This document shows positions 45,610 through 56,308 of a stretch of DNA of 64,000 bases, in pieces (positions within the stretch are counted from its first letter, which is position 1; every line of letters starts with the position of its first letter). The stretch lies in the IMG/VR virus record IMGVR_UViG_3300021091_000012. One strand, given 5' to 3'. The notes under the pieces are model-generated. The model saw only the letters and a list, made by a program, of their open reading frames with translations. It was not told the DNA's origin and searched no databases. The stretch comes from a virus. Made by a program: the position numbers and the translations under genes.

Positions 45610-48600
45610 TTATCTGATTTCAAAATTACCTCTATTTGTTGGTTTTGATGAATACTCCACTCCAGTTCCTACTGTTACTTCAATTACCGGTCCACCATCT
45701 ATTGTGTCTGGACTATCTATATTATAGTCTGGGGAAGTCATTTTACATCCGTTATAGCGAGCGTTTACCATACCATAACTATCTTGTAAATGAAAATCTT
45801 GAACTTGAGCTCTGTAATTTAAAGCTCGAACAGACACATTTTCAATTGCAATATATTGGGTGGAGAAAAAATTATGTGACCGTGCAACAATACCTAACCA
45901 TGGACCGTCCGCCTTAGTTATATATGTATATGATGTTGAAGTTGTTGATGTCACTATTGATGCAGAATATGCTGATGTGAAACTTCCAAAATACAAATCA
46001 ACCCTTTGTCCTACTGTAGCAAATTCTTTCACTCTTACCTGGACCTCATACAAATATTCCTGTGAATATCTATCAGTCGATTTGTAAAAGAAAGCATCTA
46101 ACAATGCAGATCCCGTGACATTAGCTAGTTGCAAAAAGGCAGTAGTGAATGAATTAGTAAAAACTAATCCAAGTGTAGGATCAATTTTCCAATGATAGAT
46201 TGAGTTGAATGATGAAGTTGGTGTTGATCCTGTATAGCTGCTTTGTATTCTTAATCCGTATTGCGATGTCCACAAACTTTGTGCTTCTCCTAGTGACGAT
46301 GACAAACTAACAGATTGTGTAAATGCCAATGGACCAGAAAAAGCCCTTCTTCCATATATATCTTCATTGTAAATGCTATCTGAATTGTTAGCAATTTCAC
46401 TATATGCACTATCTAAGATTGTTGGATTAATTGCTTCGTGGTAGTCATATCTACTAGATGTAATCATATATGGTGCTGATACACCTGATCCTGTACCATA
46501 ACGCTGCCAAGTCTTAAACTCATATTGAGATCCTTCAACTCTTGTATCTCGACCATATTGTGATATTCCAAGATCTATAGTTGTATTTGTACTGCCGCTG
46601 GTGCTTGGATTATTAGCAACTCCGAGTCTGTTATACTCGTTTGCAAAACTTTCATCAAAGGTCGGACAAACTGACACATCTGTTCCATCAACTACAACAT
46701 AATCATACTCTATTTCGTCAAGTACGGGACACAGCTTGACTCCGTGCCTTATAGATTCAAAATCGTAAGTTGGATATTGTATAAGGTCGTTGTACTCCGA
46801 TACTTTATGTTGTTCTCCGCTTAATGTTATGTAGTCGCTTTCATCTCCGCCTATAGTGCCCTCATTAACATAACCATTATTTGCCCAATAAGGCTGATTT
46901 CTAAAAGGCTCTCCATCACCATCCTGTATAGCACCTCCTGGTGTCCATAAAGCTTCTGGACCTACTTGTAATTCTGTGTCGTAGTGTAATTCTTCTCTCG
47001 TTGGTACAGTAGTTCGTACTTTTGCTCGTTCAATAATTGTAGGCTCAATAACCAAACCAACTTGTGTATTTGCTCTGTATGGTACGAATTTTTTTATCAA
47101 CTGGAATAATGAGGAATCGTAGTATCGAATTAATCTTATATAATTTTGTGTGTTGTTTCTTCCAAAAATAAACTTTCTACTCCACTCCCACTTTAATTCT
47201 TGTAAGTCTGGATATTCATCTAATGATAAATGACTAGGATTTCCAATATAGTCATCGATGCTTATTCCACCAAAATGTTCAGCAATGTCTTGATTTAATT
47301 CATTTTGTGGAGAAAGATAAATTCCTAATCGTGAACTATCTGGTGGTTGACTGTCTGCTAAACTTCTTTGAACGCTATTATCTCTATACAACTGTCGATT
47401 ACCCCCTATTATATTGCTTCCAGCTGTGAAAGTATCTTCGATTCTAATTTTTGTACCTACGCTTCGGTTACCTCCTAAGTCAGGCCACTCTAAGGAATGA
47501 CGTTCTACAATTGGTGAATATAGTGGTGGTATAAAATGAAAAAATGAAGCCTCCTTGGTACTAGAATCAGCAAAAGCTGTATTAAACTGATTAGGATGTT
47601 GAGATGCAAAGCTTGTAGTTAAATTATAATTAATACGCTTATTGTCTGAGCCAAGACATAACCTAAAAGCAAGATCATAGTAACTAGATGTACTTCCTGT
47701 TGAAACATCATTTGTGTTTCCTTGAAAGCTTGTTGGCGCTAGAGCATGGTTATCTAGTATTGCATCTTGAAGTGTATCAGTCCAATATCTAAACTCTTGT
47801 ATGCTACCAGTTAGTAAAGTCATAGATGCCGACTGAGCATATGTGTATGATCCAGAACCTGGTACCCATAAGTCTCCTGAAGTGACAAAAGAGGTGTTGT
47901 ATGAGCTACTAGTATTTCCGTCAATATACAAACTAGCAGTATGAGTACATGTTATTTTATCGTGATTTATACGCTTGGCAATGAGCGTGTATGTTTGATT
48001 GTCTGTAATGGTATCGGTCTTGTTTTCTCTCCGCAAAGTTAAGCTCCAAAATGCTCCATCGTATATTGAAGAGCTAACACTCGCTGTTGCCCATCCAGCA
48101 CTACCGCTTAGATAAAAGCCTAAATATTCACTACTTCCATTTTTGTGTGCTTTGATTTGCCACTTGTCTGGAACTTCCATGATTCGCTGTTCCAAAGTCT
48201 GGTTTTTAGCCATTCTAAACCTTAGCTGAGTACTCATAGGCATGAGGTTATTCTCAGATAAAGTTTTCCATGGAATGCGAATAAGCTCGCTAGGATTGCT
48301 TGTATAGTAAGATGCGGAACCATAAAGACTATATCCGTAATAACCAAAAGAAGAACTACTTAAACCATGATAGCCTACATTAAGAGCATAATTAAACCGC
48401 TCATATTGCAAGTCTGTTTTTGTATTAAAATCTGGTTCAGCGCCACCGTACTCTCGAATCCTTAATATTGTTTGAGGAATACCATAACAGTTAATTAACG
48501 CTCGAATACTTCTCTCTGTTCCTTTTGTTTTGAGTAGGAATGGAAGGTTATTAACTATACGCTTCCATATTTCTCTAGTTCTATCCTCACTAGTTGTATC

Positions 48601-50301
48601 CCACTGAGGTTGTGTTGATCCTGAGATGTCTGTGCCTAGTGTGTATGCCCACAACTCTTCTAGGGAGTTACCATTGTCAAAATCAATTCCTAATGTTTGT
48701 GCAACATTATATATTAGATCACGGCTAAATCCTTCGTAAATAGATTCCTGTCTATCGTAGGTCGAGGTTATCTGCTTAACATAAAGCATCAGTATATCGA
48801 AGTAGTGTCCTATCATGTTAGTGAATAGGACATACTCATCATTTGATACATCCTCTAATATATGTGCAGGAATAAGTCTATATAACGCCTTATCGTTGTT
48901 GTTGTCGTATAAACTTGCTGAGCTTATAATCCCTTCATACCATGCTTCAGCTTCAGACGAAGTAACAGAATAATTTACATATGGCTTTGTTGAATTTTGT
49001 TTTGGCCATGTTGAAGGATAAAACTCACCATAACTACTTGACTCGTAGCTTGCTGACTGGTAGTACAAATATTTTTCGTAAGAATCAAAACTACCAAGTA
49101 AGGCTGCTCTTTTTGTTTTTGTATTGATTACGTTTGTTTGAAAGGCTAAACTACTAGATACACTACTACTAGGTAGTCCATTGAGGTTTGTTGTAAGTTC
49201 GGCAATTCTACCATCGTAACTTTCAACTAGAGTCATTTTGTATTTAAAATTCTCTAATCGCTCTGCTGCTGATCCAAATGTTATGTGGTTGTCAAAAGAT
49301 CTATAATCGACATTTAGTTTTACACCTTCTACAAAAGAGCTACTAAGTAGCTGATTTATGATTCCTTCTGTTGTTAAGCTGTTTGCTGATAAAACATCAT
49401 CCCAATCTCTGTAGGCTGTTGATATTGTCGTTTGTTGCTTACTGAGCACATCCCAATTTGGTCCACTAATTTTTGTTTGTCTTCTTGTTGAAGCAGGTGG
49501 TACTAGTGTAATACTATCTCCAATAGGATCGCCTACTTGTTGCGAGATCCATACGGCATCACCCAATACAACACTAGTAGGTAGCGGAGCAGTTAATTTT
49601 AATACAATGCTATGTGGAAACTGACTGAATGTAAATTTGTCTTGAACGTAGTCAAAAATTTTGTATGCTTCAGTTCCTAGTTCGGTTTGCTTTAATAAAA
49701 ATAGATTGGTTAGTGTTTGTGATTTTGGTATTTGCCAAAATCCCTCCGCAAAGAAATTGAGCCATGCTACGTTATCGTAGACGTCGCTTCTAGTAGGAGT
49801 AACTCGTATCTCAAGTCCATCTGAACTAATTTCATGGATTTCGAGCTTATGACCGTCTGCTGAACCTAGATAATTTCTATGAAATTTATATAAGATCTTG
49901 TACTTGCCTGAAATATATCCAAGTTGTTTTAGATCACTTTCAACATCCATTGTAAACTCTAAACCATTTTTGGTATAGGTTTTTACTCTGAAATTAGATT
50001 CTAAATAAGTTCCAATTGCATTGTTTACGTCTACAATTAAAGCATCGTTTGGATAGTTGGCAATGCTGTCTGATTTAATTCCAAACGGATCCACAATAGG
50101 CTTATCGGCTGGTTTAGGTGGTGGTGGTGGAGTGGCTGATGCAGGTGTTTTAGGAAAAAAATCGGGATTGTTTAGTAATCCTTGCGAAAGTGGTTCTAGT
50201 CTACCTTTTGGTCCTGTTAGCGACTCACCTGCTCGTATAGGTTCATACTTTGAACCTTCTAGCTTGATTGTGTTTACTGGTGTTGATGGTTTTTTAGCCA
50301 C
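45610..50301 (-). CDS. Large baseplate wedge protein (gp7/P2-gpI-like motif plus LamG-like region)
   Basis: NNLPFLLKTKGTERSIRALINCYG and IKKFVPYRA motifs; GSIQEFRYW. Confidence 0.65.
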   Translation of the reverse strand: MAKKPSTPVNTIKLEGSKYEPIRAGESLTGPKGRLEPLSQGLLNNPDFFPKTPASATPPPPPKPADKPIVDPFGIKSDSIANYPNDALIVDVNNAIGTYLESNFRVKTYTKNGLEFTMDVESDLKQLGYISGKYKILYKFHRNYLGSADGHKLEIHEISSDGLEIRVTPTRSDVYDNVAWLNFFAEGFWQIPKSQTLTNLFLLKQTELGTEAYKIFDYVQDKFTFSQFPHSIVLKLTAPLPTSVVLGDAVWISQQVGDPIGDSITLVPPASTRRQTKISGPNWDVLSKQQTTISTAYRDWDDVLSANSLTTEGIINQLLSSSFVEGVKLNVDYRSFDNHITFGSAAERLENFKYKMTLVESYDGRIAELTTNLNGLPSSSVSSSLAFQTNVINTKTKRAALLGSFDSYEKYLYYQSASYESSSYGEFYPSTWPKQNSTKPYVNYSVTSSEAEAWYEGIISSASLYDNNNDKALYRLIPAHILEDVSNDEYVLFTNMIGHYFDILMLYVKQITSTYDRQESIYEGFSRDLIYNVAQTLGIDFDNGNSLEELWAYTLGTDISGSTQPQWDTTSEDRTREIWKRIVNNLPFLLKTKGTERSIRALINCYGIPQTILRIREYGGAEPDFNTKTDLQYERFNYALNVGYHGLSSSSFGYYGYSLYGSASYYTSNPSELIRIPWKTLSENNLMPMSTQLRFRMAKNQTLEQRIMEVPDKWQIKAHKNGSSEYLGFYLSGSAGWATASVSSSIYDGAFWSLTLRRENKTDTITDNQTYTLIAKRINHDKITCTHTASLYIDGNTSSSYNTSFVTSGDLWVPGSGSYTYAQSASMTLLTGSIQEFRYWTDTLQDAILDNHALAPTSFQGNTNDVSTGSTSSYYDLAFRLCLGSDNKRINYNLTTSFASQHPNQFNTAFADSSTKEASFFHFIPPLYSPIVERHSLEWPDLGGNRSVGTKIRIEDTFTAGSNIIGGNRQLYRDNSVQRSLADSQPPDSSRLGIYLSPQNELNQDIAEHFGGISIDDYIGNPSHLSLDEYPDLQELKWEWSRKFIFGRNNTQNYIRLIRYYDSSLFQLIKKFVPYRANTQVGLVIEPTIIERAKVRTTVPTREELHYDTELQVGPEALWTPGGAIQDGDGEPFRNQPYWANNGYVNEGTIGGDESDYITLSGEQHKVSEYNDLIQYPTYDFESIRHGVKLCPVLDEIEYDYVVVDGTDVSVCPTFDESFANEYNRLGVANNPSTSGSTNTTIDLGISQYGRDTRVEGSQYEFKTWQRYGTGSGVSAPYMITSSRYDYHEAINPTILDSAYSEIANNSDSIYNEDIYGRRAFSGPLAFTQSVSLSSSLGEAQSLWTSQYGLRIQSSYTGSTPTSSFNSIYHWKIDPTLGLVFTNSFTTAFLQLANVTGSALLDAFFYKSTDRYSQEYLYEVQVRVKEFATVGQRVDLYFGSFTSAYSASIVTSTTSTSYTYITKADGPWLGIVARSHNFFSTQYIAIENVSVRALNYRAQVQDFHLQDSYGMVNARYNGCKMTSPDYNIDSPDTIDGGPVIEVTVGTGVEYSSKPTNRGNFEIR

Positions 50302-50335
50302 TTAATTTTAATATAAATAGGGAAGAGTAAATTTA

Positions 50336-53251
50336 TTAAGGAATAAGGTTGTCGGTGTTTAAGTTTGGTTTTACACCAACTTCTTGCTCTAATCCCGATA
50401 AACCTTCCTCTTCGTTTTGTATTACACTATCATTCTCTATGCGATCCGTACTGGCATCTTCTCGTATCTCAACTCCTTGCTGGAATTGCTCTAACTCAGT
50501 TTCGTCCCATCCCGGGTTAAGTTTAGAAGCTTCATATCCTCTACCTTTTTCGTAGGTTTCGTAAGCCTTACCAAGCTCATAAATGTCAACTGGATTGAAA
50601 ATCCCAGGATTTTCTGGCATAACGAAGTGATATATAAAATCACCTGGTTTAGAAGTATCAGTAAAAGATTCGTCGTATATCATTCTTTTTTGCAATCCCC
50701 ATACTTGATTGCCTTGTGATGGTATATAGTAGCTTGTATAATTGCTTTCTGGAGTAGCGTCTTGTGGTAGTAATAAAAACTTAGCCATCGTTATACCACA
50801 GCGTGGATATCCATATTCTCTGAATCTAGTAGCATTGGCTGCACGGTCTCCAAATTCATTACAATACATAAAATCACTCATCCAACCCTTCAATTCTGGT
50901 TGCCCGTCACTAAATGCTGGAGATGTATTGGTAAAGGTTATTGTTATTTCTATTGTTGTTGTTTTTTCTGGAATACGAAAATTACCTCCTATACCAAACA
51001 TAGCAGCAGCACCCTGCTCTTGCATAGCTTTATAGGTTCTTTTGCTACTAACTGCCGTTCTCTTGTATGGATCCCATTCTGCAGCCTCTGTTGGTATAAA
51101 ACGACCACCCTCTTTAAAAGGAAAGTTATTCAAATAAAATGCCGCATTCCTATCCATTCCGGATGTATTGCATTCGTAAATAGGAGTTGATTCGTTGTTT
51201 ACATTAACAACCTGATATACTGGTGTTTCGACTACCTTAACTTTTATTCTTTTTTTCTTATCTTGTGCCATTATAATATCGGCAACATTTTTGTAAATAG
51301 ATCTTTGTCTTTCTATATCATATTCTTTAGATCCTTTTGGATGACCATTTGGCGAGTTGTATTTATAAAACTCACCCTTAGTTTTACGATCATCTATTAA
51401 ATCCTCAATAGTCCATTTTTTTATTGTTGCCCTTAATAGTAGGCTTTCTACATCCTTTCGATTTTCCAATCTTAATGATCCTTTAGTTTGAATCTGTGTT
51501 CGCTGTGATTGGCTCATATTATTTTTATCTATATATCCCCCCATAAAGCTTCCTTTGAGGACTGCTCCCATGTAATCTAGAATCAAATCCTTTACTTTGT
51601 TTCTGCCAATAATACCTATGTTTTTTGCTGGTTTTGAATATAAATCGTTTATCTCAAGCTCAAATATCACATCTACAATTTCTTTCTCAGGAATTGCTGG
51701 ATTGGGTGACATTAAGGGTTGGAGTGCCTTTGTAGTTGAGTATGTTTTTCCAAATATCTTTATTGGATTATTGTTTGTTACAAGTAAATCAAATATAGGA
51801 TACCATGTGAGTGGAAAGTATGACTTTTCTTTTATTGCAAATACGTCTGTAGCGTCTGGACCTTCAAACTTTACTTGCGAAAGTGACGATAGTTGTGAAT
51901 CCCTCATTGTGATCGTAACTGTAGTCTGATCTTCTACGAGTGGAATTATTTCTATGACAGAACCCTCTTGAATAGCAATTCTATTATCAGTACTGGTTTT
52001 TAGTCTTTCAAAGAATTCACTCGGATCTAGGATATACCAGTTAAACTCCTCTTCACCAGCTTCAGTAGTCACTTTAATCTTGTATCCTGTGATTCCTGCT
52101 CCTACGTATGAAAAAAATTGACCAAATATAGGTGGAACACCTAGTACAGTATTGTCTATTAGTGCCGATGCACTCTCTACATCTATAATTTGAGATAGCG
52201 ATGCTACAGATCTTCCTCCTGCTCTCTCAAATTTTAATTTATCTCGTGTGAAATAGTTTAAAGCTCGATCGACACATTCACCATCTAAACCTATTAGAGA
52301 TGGATTGTTGTTATTGTTATACAAGTCCATCCACTTTATTCCGGGAAAAAAACCTGCACGCTCTGTGGAGCCTAAGGAAATGTCTTCATTGGCTACTATA
52401 TTAGGTGGCATACTTCTCAATGTCCAGGCCATCCAGTCGGGTAGTGAATCATTTATATTGCTTTTTGATCCTTGCTTAAATGCATTTGGATTTTTAATTA
52501 ACAGATTCTTAAATGCCGGCCACAAAAGAGCACTAGCTCCAGATTGGCTAAACCTAAAATCGTGCGGGATTGTTGCTGGTGCTGTCTTTTCTAAATCGTC
52601 GTCATAATATCCAAATGGTGGTAAGCTTCCGTGATGGTAGGTTACAAATACTTCATCTAAAAACGCTCGAGAAATAATACCATCATCTACTACCCAACCA
52701 TCCGTTCCGCCATTTGCTGATCCGTTTGTTATTAGGTTTTTGTACATGAGTGGGTGGCGACGAGGGTCTACCACACTTATGAATACAGAAGTCGTTGTGG
52801 TTGTTCCGTATGCATTTGATATTTCACAATAATACTCTCCTGAGGACTCAAGCGTAACTTCCTCTGCCGGTAATCTTACACCTCGAAAACCCCTTCCGTT
52901 ACGCAATGAGTTAGCAGGTACGAGTGGGGCTCCATCCTTAAACCACTGATAGATTAAGTTGCTTTCGTTACCTGCATAGTTTAAATCAATAAGTGATGGA
53001 TCTTGTGCAACAATAATCATCTCCAACTCCGTACCTGCAGTTATGGAATAAGTACTATTGCGTAGAACCATATCCTCGTAGATTGGTGTACCATCTACAA
53101 ACTCCTTAATAAACGTTTTTTGTGTTACGTTGTTTGGAAGATCGGATGCAATTGCAGGTGGGAACGGGGCTTCGGGCATTAAAAAGAAATTGCCTACACG
53201 CAATGCTACATCTTGTTGATAGGTAGTGAGTTTTGTCGTTAGTTTTTTCAT
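50336..53251 (-). CDS. Ig-like domain virion protein
   Basis: YQWFKDG...ESSGEYYCEISNAYG (I-set pattern) followed by NLITNGSANGGTDGW. Confidence 0.7.
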   Translation of the reverse strand: MKKLTTKLTTYQQDVALRVGNFFLMPEAPFPPAIASDLPNNVTQKTFIKEFVDGTPIYEDMVLRNSTYSITAGTELEMIIVAQDPSLIDLNYAGNESNLIYQWFKDGAPLVPANSLRNGRGFRGVRLPAEEVTLESSGEYYCEISNAYGTTTTTSVFISVVDPRRHPLMYKNLITNGSANGGTDGWVVDDGIISRAFLDEVFVTYHHGSLPPFGYYDDDLEKTAPATIPHDFRFSQSGASALLWPAFKNLLIKNPNAFKQGSKSNINDSLPDWMAWTLRSMPPNIVANEDISLGSTERAGFFPGIKWMDLYNNNNNPSLIGLDGECVDRALNYFTRDKLKFERAGGRSVASLSQIIDVESASALIDNTVLGVPPIFGQFFSYVGAGITGYKIKVTTEAGEEEFNWYILDPSEFFERLKTSTDNRIAIQEGSVIEIIPLVEDQTTVTITMRDSQLSSLSQVKFEGPDATDVFAIKEKSYFPLTWYPIFDLLVTNNNPIKIFGKTYSTTKALQPLMSPNPAIPEKEIVDVIFELEINDLYSKPAKNIGIIGRNKVKDLILDYMGAVLKGSFMGGYIDKNNMSQSQRTQIQTKGSLRLENRKDVESLLLRATIKKWTIEDLIDDRKTKGEFYKYNSPNGHPKGSKEYDIERQRSIYKNVADIIMAQDKKKRIKVKVVETPVYQVVNVNNESTPIYECNTSGMDRNAAFYLNNFPFKEGGRFIPTEAAEWDPYKRTAVSSKRTYKAMQEQGAAAMFGIGGNFRIPEKTTTIEITITFTNTSPAFSDGQPELKGWMSDFMYCNEFGDRAANATRFREYGYPRCGITMAKFLLLPQDATPESNYTSYYIPSQGNQVWGLQKRMIYDESFTDTSKPGDFIYHFVMPENPGIFNPVDIYELGKAYETYEKGRGYEASKLNPGWDETELEQFQQGVEIREDASTDRIENDSVIQNEEEGLSGLEQEVGVKPNLNTDNLIP

Positions 53252-53254
53252 AGA

Positions 53255-56200
53255 TTAGTCGGTTGATTTAATCAACTGCAGTTGATTTGTTAAACCATCA
53301 TTAATGTAATCATATGTCACTGTGTATTGCTCTCCGTTTAATCCAAACCCAAATACAGGTGATCCGGTGAGGATTGTCCCTAATTGTGGTGCTGTTCGAA
53401 CTGCATATAATGACACTGTCCAATTTGGATCTGCCATTTCTTGCTCTATTTTAATCTGCACGTCTGGTATTTTTGGAAAGCCCCACTCAACGCTCAACGC
53501 GTTTATTGTTTTTTTATCTTCAAAGTAATCTTTTATAGCGTCATCGAATAAACGCTTTGCAGCTAATTTTTCGTTAGCTTCTTGTAAATTTTCAAGTCCA
53601 GCATCGTTGAAACTAGAAGCTCCTAAGGTAGGTGCATCTGGCGACTGAGATTTCCACCATTCTTCAAAAATAATATTGACTGTTGCTGTTGTTGTGTTAG
53701 TTTTTTTGAGTTTTTTTACAATATCCAAAGCTTCTGCTGGTGTTACTTTTATTATTTGGATTGGTTTTTTGGGAACACCCAAGCCACCTTGCTCAACTGG
53801 TCGGGTTATTAACTCTATTGGTAATTCAATGGTCATTGTTCCGTCTAAGTTAATTTGATAATCCTTTATATTAAAAGCAACTTCCCCTGCTCCGCTTGGT
53901 AGATTTTCATCACGATAAATCAATACTGGTGTTTCAGATTCTGGATCTACTTTTAAATAATAGCTGTTTGTTGTGGATTTTTGTTTTCCTGTCTCTTCAT
54001 TGGATGGTATTGCTGTATAATACAAAATAAATCTAAATACATTATTCCAATCTGCTTTCCTTCTTTTAAGCTTGTCTGGAACAAAATTTGTTATAGATGT
54101 AAACGTTGGTTTTATGTCTTTGATTGTTTGTATAAGATTCTTTCTTTTGCTAGATCCTAAATCTATTATTGGACGGGTACTGATCACTTTTGCAAACTCA
54201 CGTAGGCTGGCTGGAGTGTTTTCCATGTTTGAGGTAAACTCAAGAAGATTTTCAGCGTAGGCATATGCTGGTGATCCTTTGATAAAAGGAAATACCGAAT
54301 CTGACGTGTTTGATATTTTTTGAAGTGGGCCGGTTGTATCGAGTTTTCTATCTTTGAGAATTATTGTTAGTGTACGATCTACCGTAAGTACTCCATCGAC
54401 TATCTTAGGTGTGGATTGTTTGTTTTTAAACTTAACAACTAATAAACGTTTCAGCAATCCAAACGGATCAAATTTTATATTTGGTAGCAGTGAGGATGGC
54501 ACATTTGTCTTAGGTTTGTTGTTGATTGATAATGCTGATCTTGTATATGTCTCTGTTGATACCATATTTGTTTGCTCTAATGGAATCAAAGATAAAGTTA
54601 TTCCAGTTACTGCTGTTCGGGGTGACGGACATAGTCCCCACTTTTCTGTATATTCTTTGTCTTTGTATTTAGGATCGTTATCAATTATGGATCTTATGAA
54701 GTCAACCTCTGAAGAGCTTCCAATTTTATCAAAACTGTTTTTTATATAATTTTTTTCCCATCCTATTAATTCGAATATGCGCGTACTATTAGTAAGCTCG
54801 TAATCAAGATGCTCAAACATTTTCCAATCATTAGTCCAAAAATTAAGTGCTATTCTTATTTTATTTGTTTTTGGATTAAGTCTCTCAACCACTACTCTAT
54901 TAAATTCCATGTATTGACCATGAGTTGGTCTTTCGCTCTTGTCTGGATAAAGTTCATCTGCAGCCCACAAAACTGCGTCAACCCAATTTCCTTTTGAGGT
55001 TGTGTTAAGATTGTAAATATCTTGTGTGTAATACTTTTTCTGTAAATTATTTGCCATTGCCTTTGTCCATGGATCTTTGAGAGTTATGGATTTAGGTAGA
55101 GTTGATTTAGTTCCATTTGAATTTAAAATAGTAGACGTTAATCGTGCCTCCATATCGTACTCTTCTAAAGTAACATATACCTCGTCCATAGGTTTGCCTG
55201 GACCTGCTGTCAAAAAGTTCTCTAAACTGATTCGAGGTGCACCTAAAAAGTAATTTTCAGGATTTATTTTTGTGTCAGGTAGTACTAATTCTCTTGTAGG
55301 AGTCCAGTTTAAAATTGCATTACCAATATAGCAACTAAATATAGCACGAACTCCATTGATACCATAGATGCTACCTCTAATAAAATCTTGGATTTCTGTA
55401 ACGTCTATGTCTTGATAAGCTTTTACGTAAAACGAACCTCCTGCCTTTTCAAACTTATACACATCTCGGGAAAAGTATCCTCCTCTGATTTGGCTATCCG
55501 GACTATAAAAAGCTTTCTCGTATCCTATATTTTTTAATATACCCGTTTCTATTTGATAAGGTCTTGGATGCATCATATCCATGTTGTATCCAAATAAATC
55601 CACACGATTTGGTTTTTTTAAATCTGTGGTTTTGATATTTGTAAAATCACGATTTACAAACTCGCTATTATTTGATGTCCAGTTTTCTATCCCATTTGTA
55701 GCACTTCCATTCTGAACTAGATTTCGATAAAAGTAAGCGTCTAAATCTGGATTATAAACTTCAATTGTGACTGGCTCTGAAAAAACAGAACCTATGTCGT
55801 TGGATATTTCACAAACCCATGTGCCAGCTGATTCTGGTTGAATTCTTTCAAATCGTATACTACTGCCGCTTACCAGTACTTTACTCTGTAAAGACGGTGT
55901 TTCGTAAGTGCGAATAATTCTATCATCCTGACGCCAGAGATAGTACATATCTTGATTAGGAGCTTTGATTGTTGGAATACCATTTTCTACATTATAGGTA
56001 TCTGGTTGAATTGCACCTACATTCAGAGTAAAGGTTGATCCGATGTAAACCTTAATAACACCATCTTCAAACTTGTACAAGTTGTTTCCGGTTGCATTAG
56101 CTGTATTTGCTGATACTATCTGCGGTCGGGAAGCTTCCCAAACCGGTATGGTAATAATAGGCGGTCTATTGACTACGACGGGCAATAAATCATACTCAGT

Positions 56201-56308
56201 TAAATTTTCGTTGATGCTGCTAGTTTGTACAAACGTAACGCTTCCCGATGTTTTTGCGGAAAGGTTATCGTTTAAGTTGCCATCTAGTGTACCATCTAAA
56301 TTTCTCAT
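53255..56308 (-). CDS. Ig-like domain virion protein (paralog of 50336-53251)
   Basis: YLWRQD...ESAGTWVCEISNDIG followed by NLVQNGSATNGIENW. Confidence 0.7.
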   Translation of the reverse strand: MRNLDGTLDGNLNDNLSAKTSGSVTFVQTSSINENLTEYDLLPVVVNRPPIITIPVWEASRPQIVSANTANATGNNLYKFEDGVIKVYIGSTFTLNVGAIQPDTYNVENGIPTIKAPNQDMYYLWRQDDRIIRTYETPSLQSKVLVSGSSIRFERIQPESAGTWVCEISNDIGSVFSEPVTIEVYNPDLDAYFYRNLVQNGSATNGIENWTSNNSEFVNRDFTNIKTTDLKKPNRVDLFGYNMDMMHPRPYQIETGILKNIGYEKAFYSPDSQIRGGYFSRDVYKFEKAGGSFYVKAYQDIDVTEIQDFIRGSIYGINGVRAIFSCYIGNAILNWTPTRELVLPDTKINPENYFLGAPRISLENFLTAGPGKPMDEVYVTLEEYDMEARLTSTILNSNGTKSTLPKSITLKDPWTKAMANNLQKKYYTQDIYNLNTTSKGNWVDAVLWAADELYPDKSERPTHGQYMEFNRVVVERLNPKTNKIRIALNFWTNDWKMFEHLDYELTNSTRIFELIGWEKNYIKNSFDKIGSSSEVDFIRSIIDNDPKYKDKEYTEKWGLCPSPRTAVTGITLSLIPLEQTNMVSTETYTRSALSINNKPKTNVPSSLLPNIKFDPFGLLKRLLVVKFKNKQSTPKIVDGVLTVDRTLTIILKDRKLDTTGPLQKISNTSDSVFPFIKGSPAYAYAENLLEFTSNMENTPASLREFAKVISTRPIIDLGSSKRKNLIQTIKDIKPTFTSITNFVPDKLKRRKADWNNVFRFILYYTAIPSNEETGKQKSTTNSYYLKVDPESETPVLIYRDENLPSGAGEVAFNIKDYQINLDGTMTIELPIELITRPVEQGGLGVPKKPIQIIKVTPAEALDIVKKLKKTNTTTATVNIIFEEWWKSQSPDAPTLGASSFNDAGLENLQEANEKLAAKRLFDDAIKDYFEDKKTINALSVEWGFPKIPDVQIKIEQEMADPNWTVSLYAVRTAPQLGTILTGSPVFGFGLNGEQYTVTYDYINDGLTNQLQLIKSTD

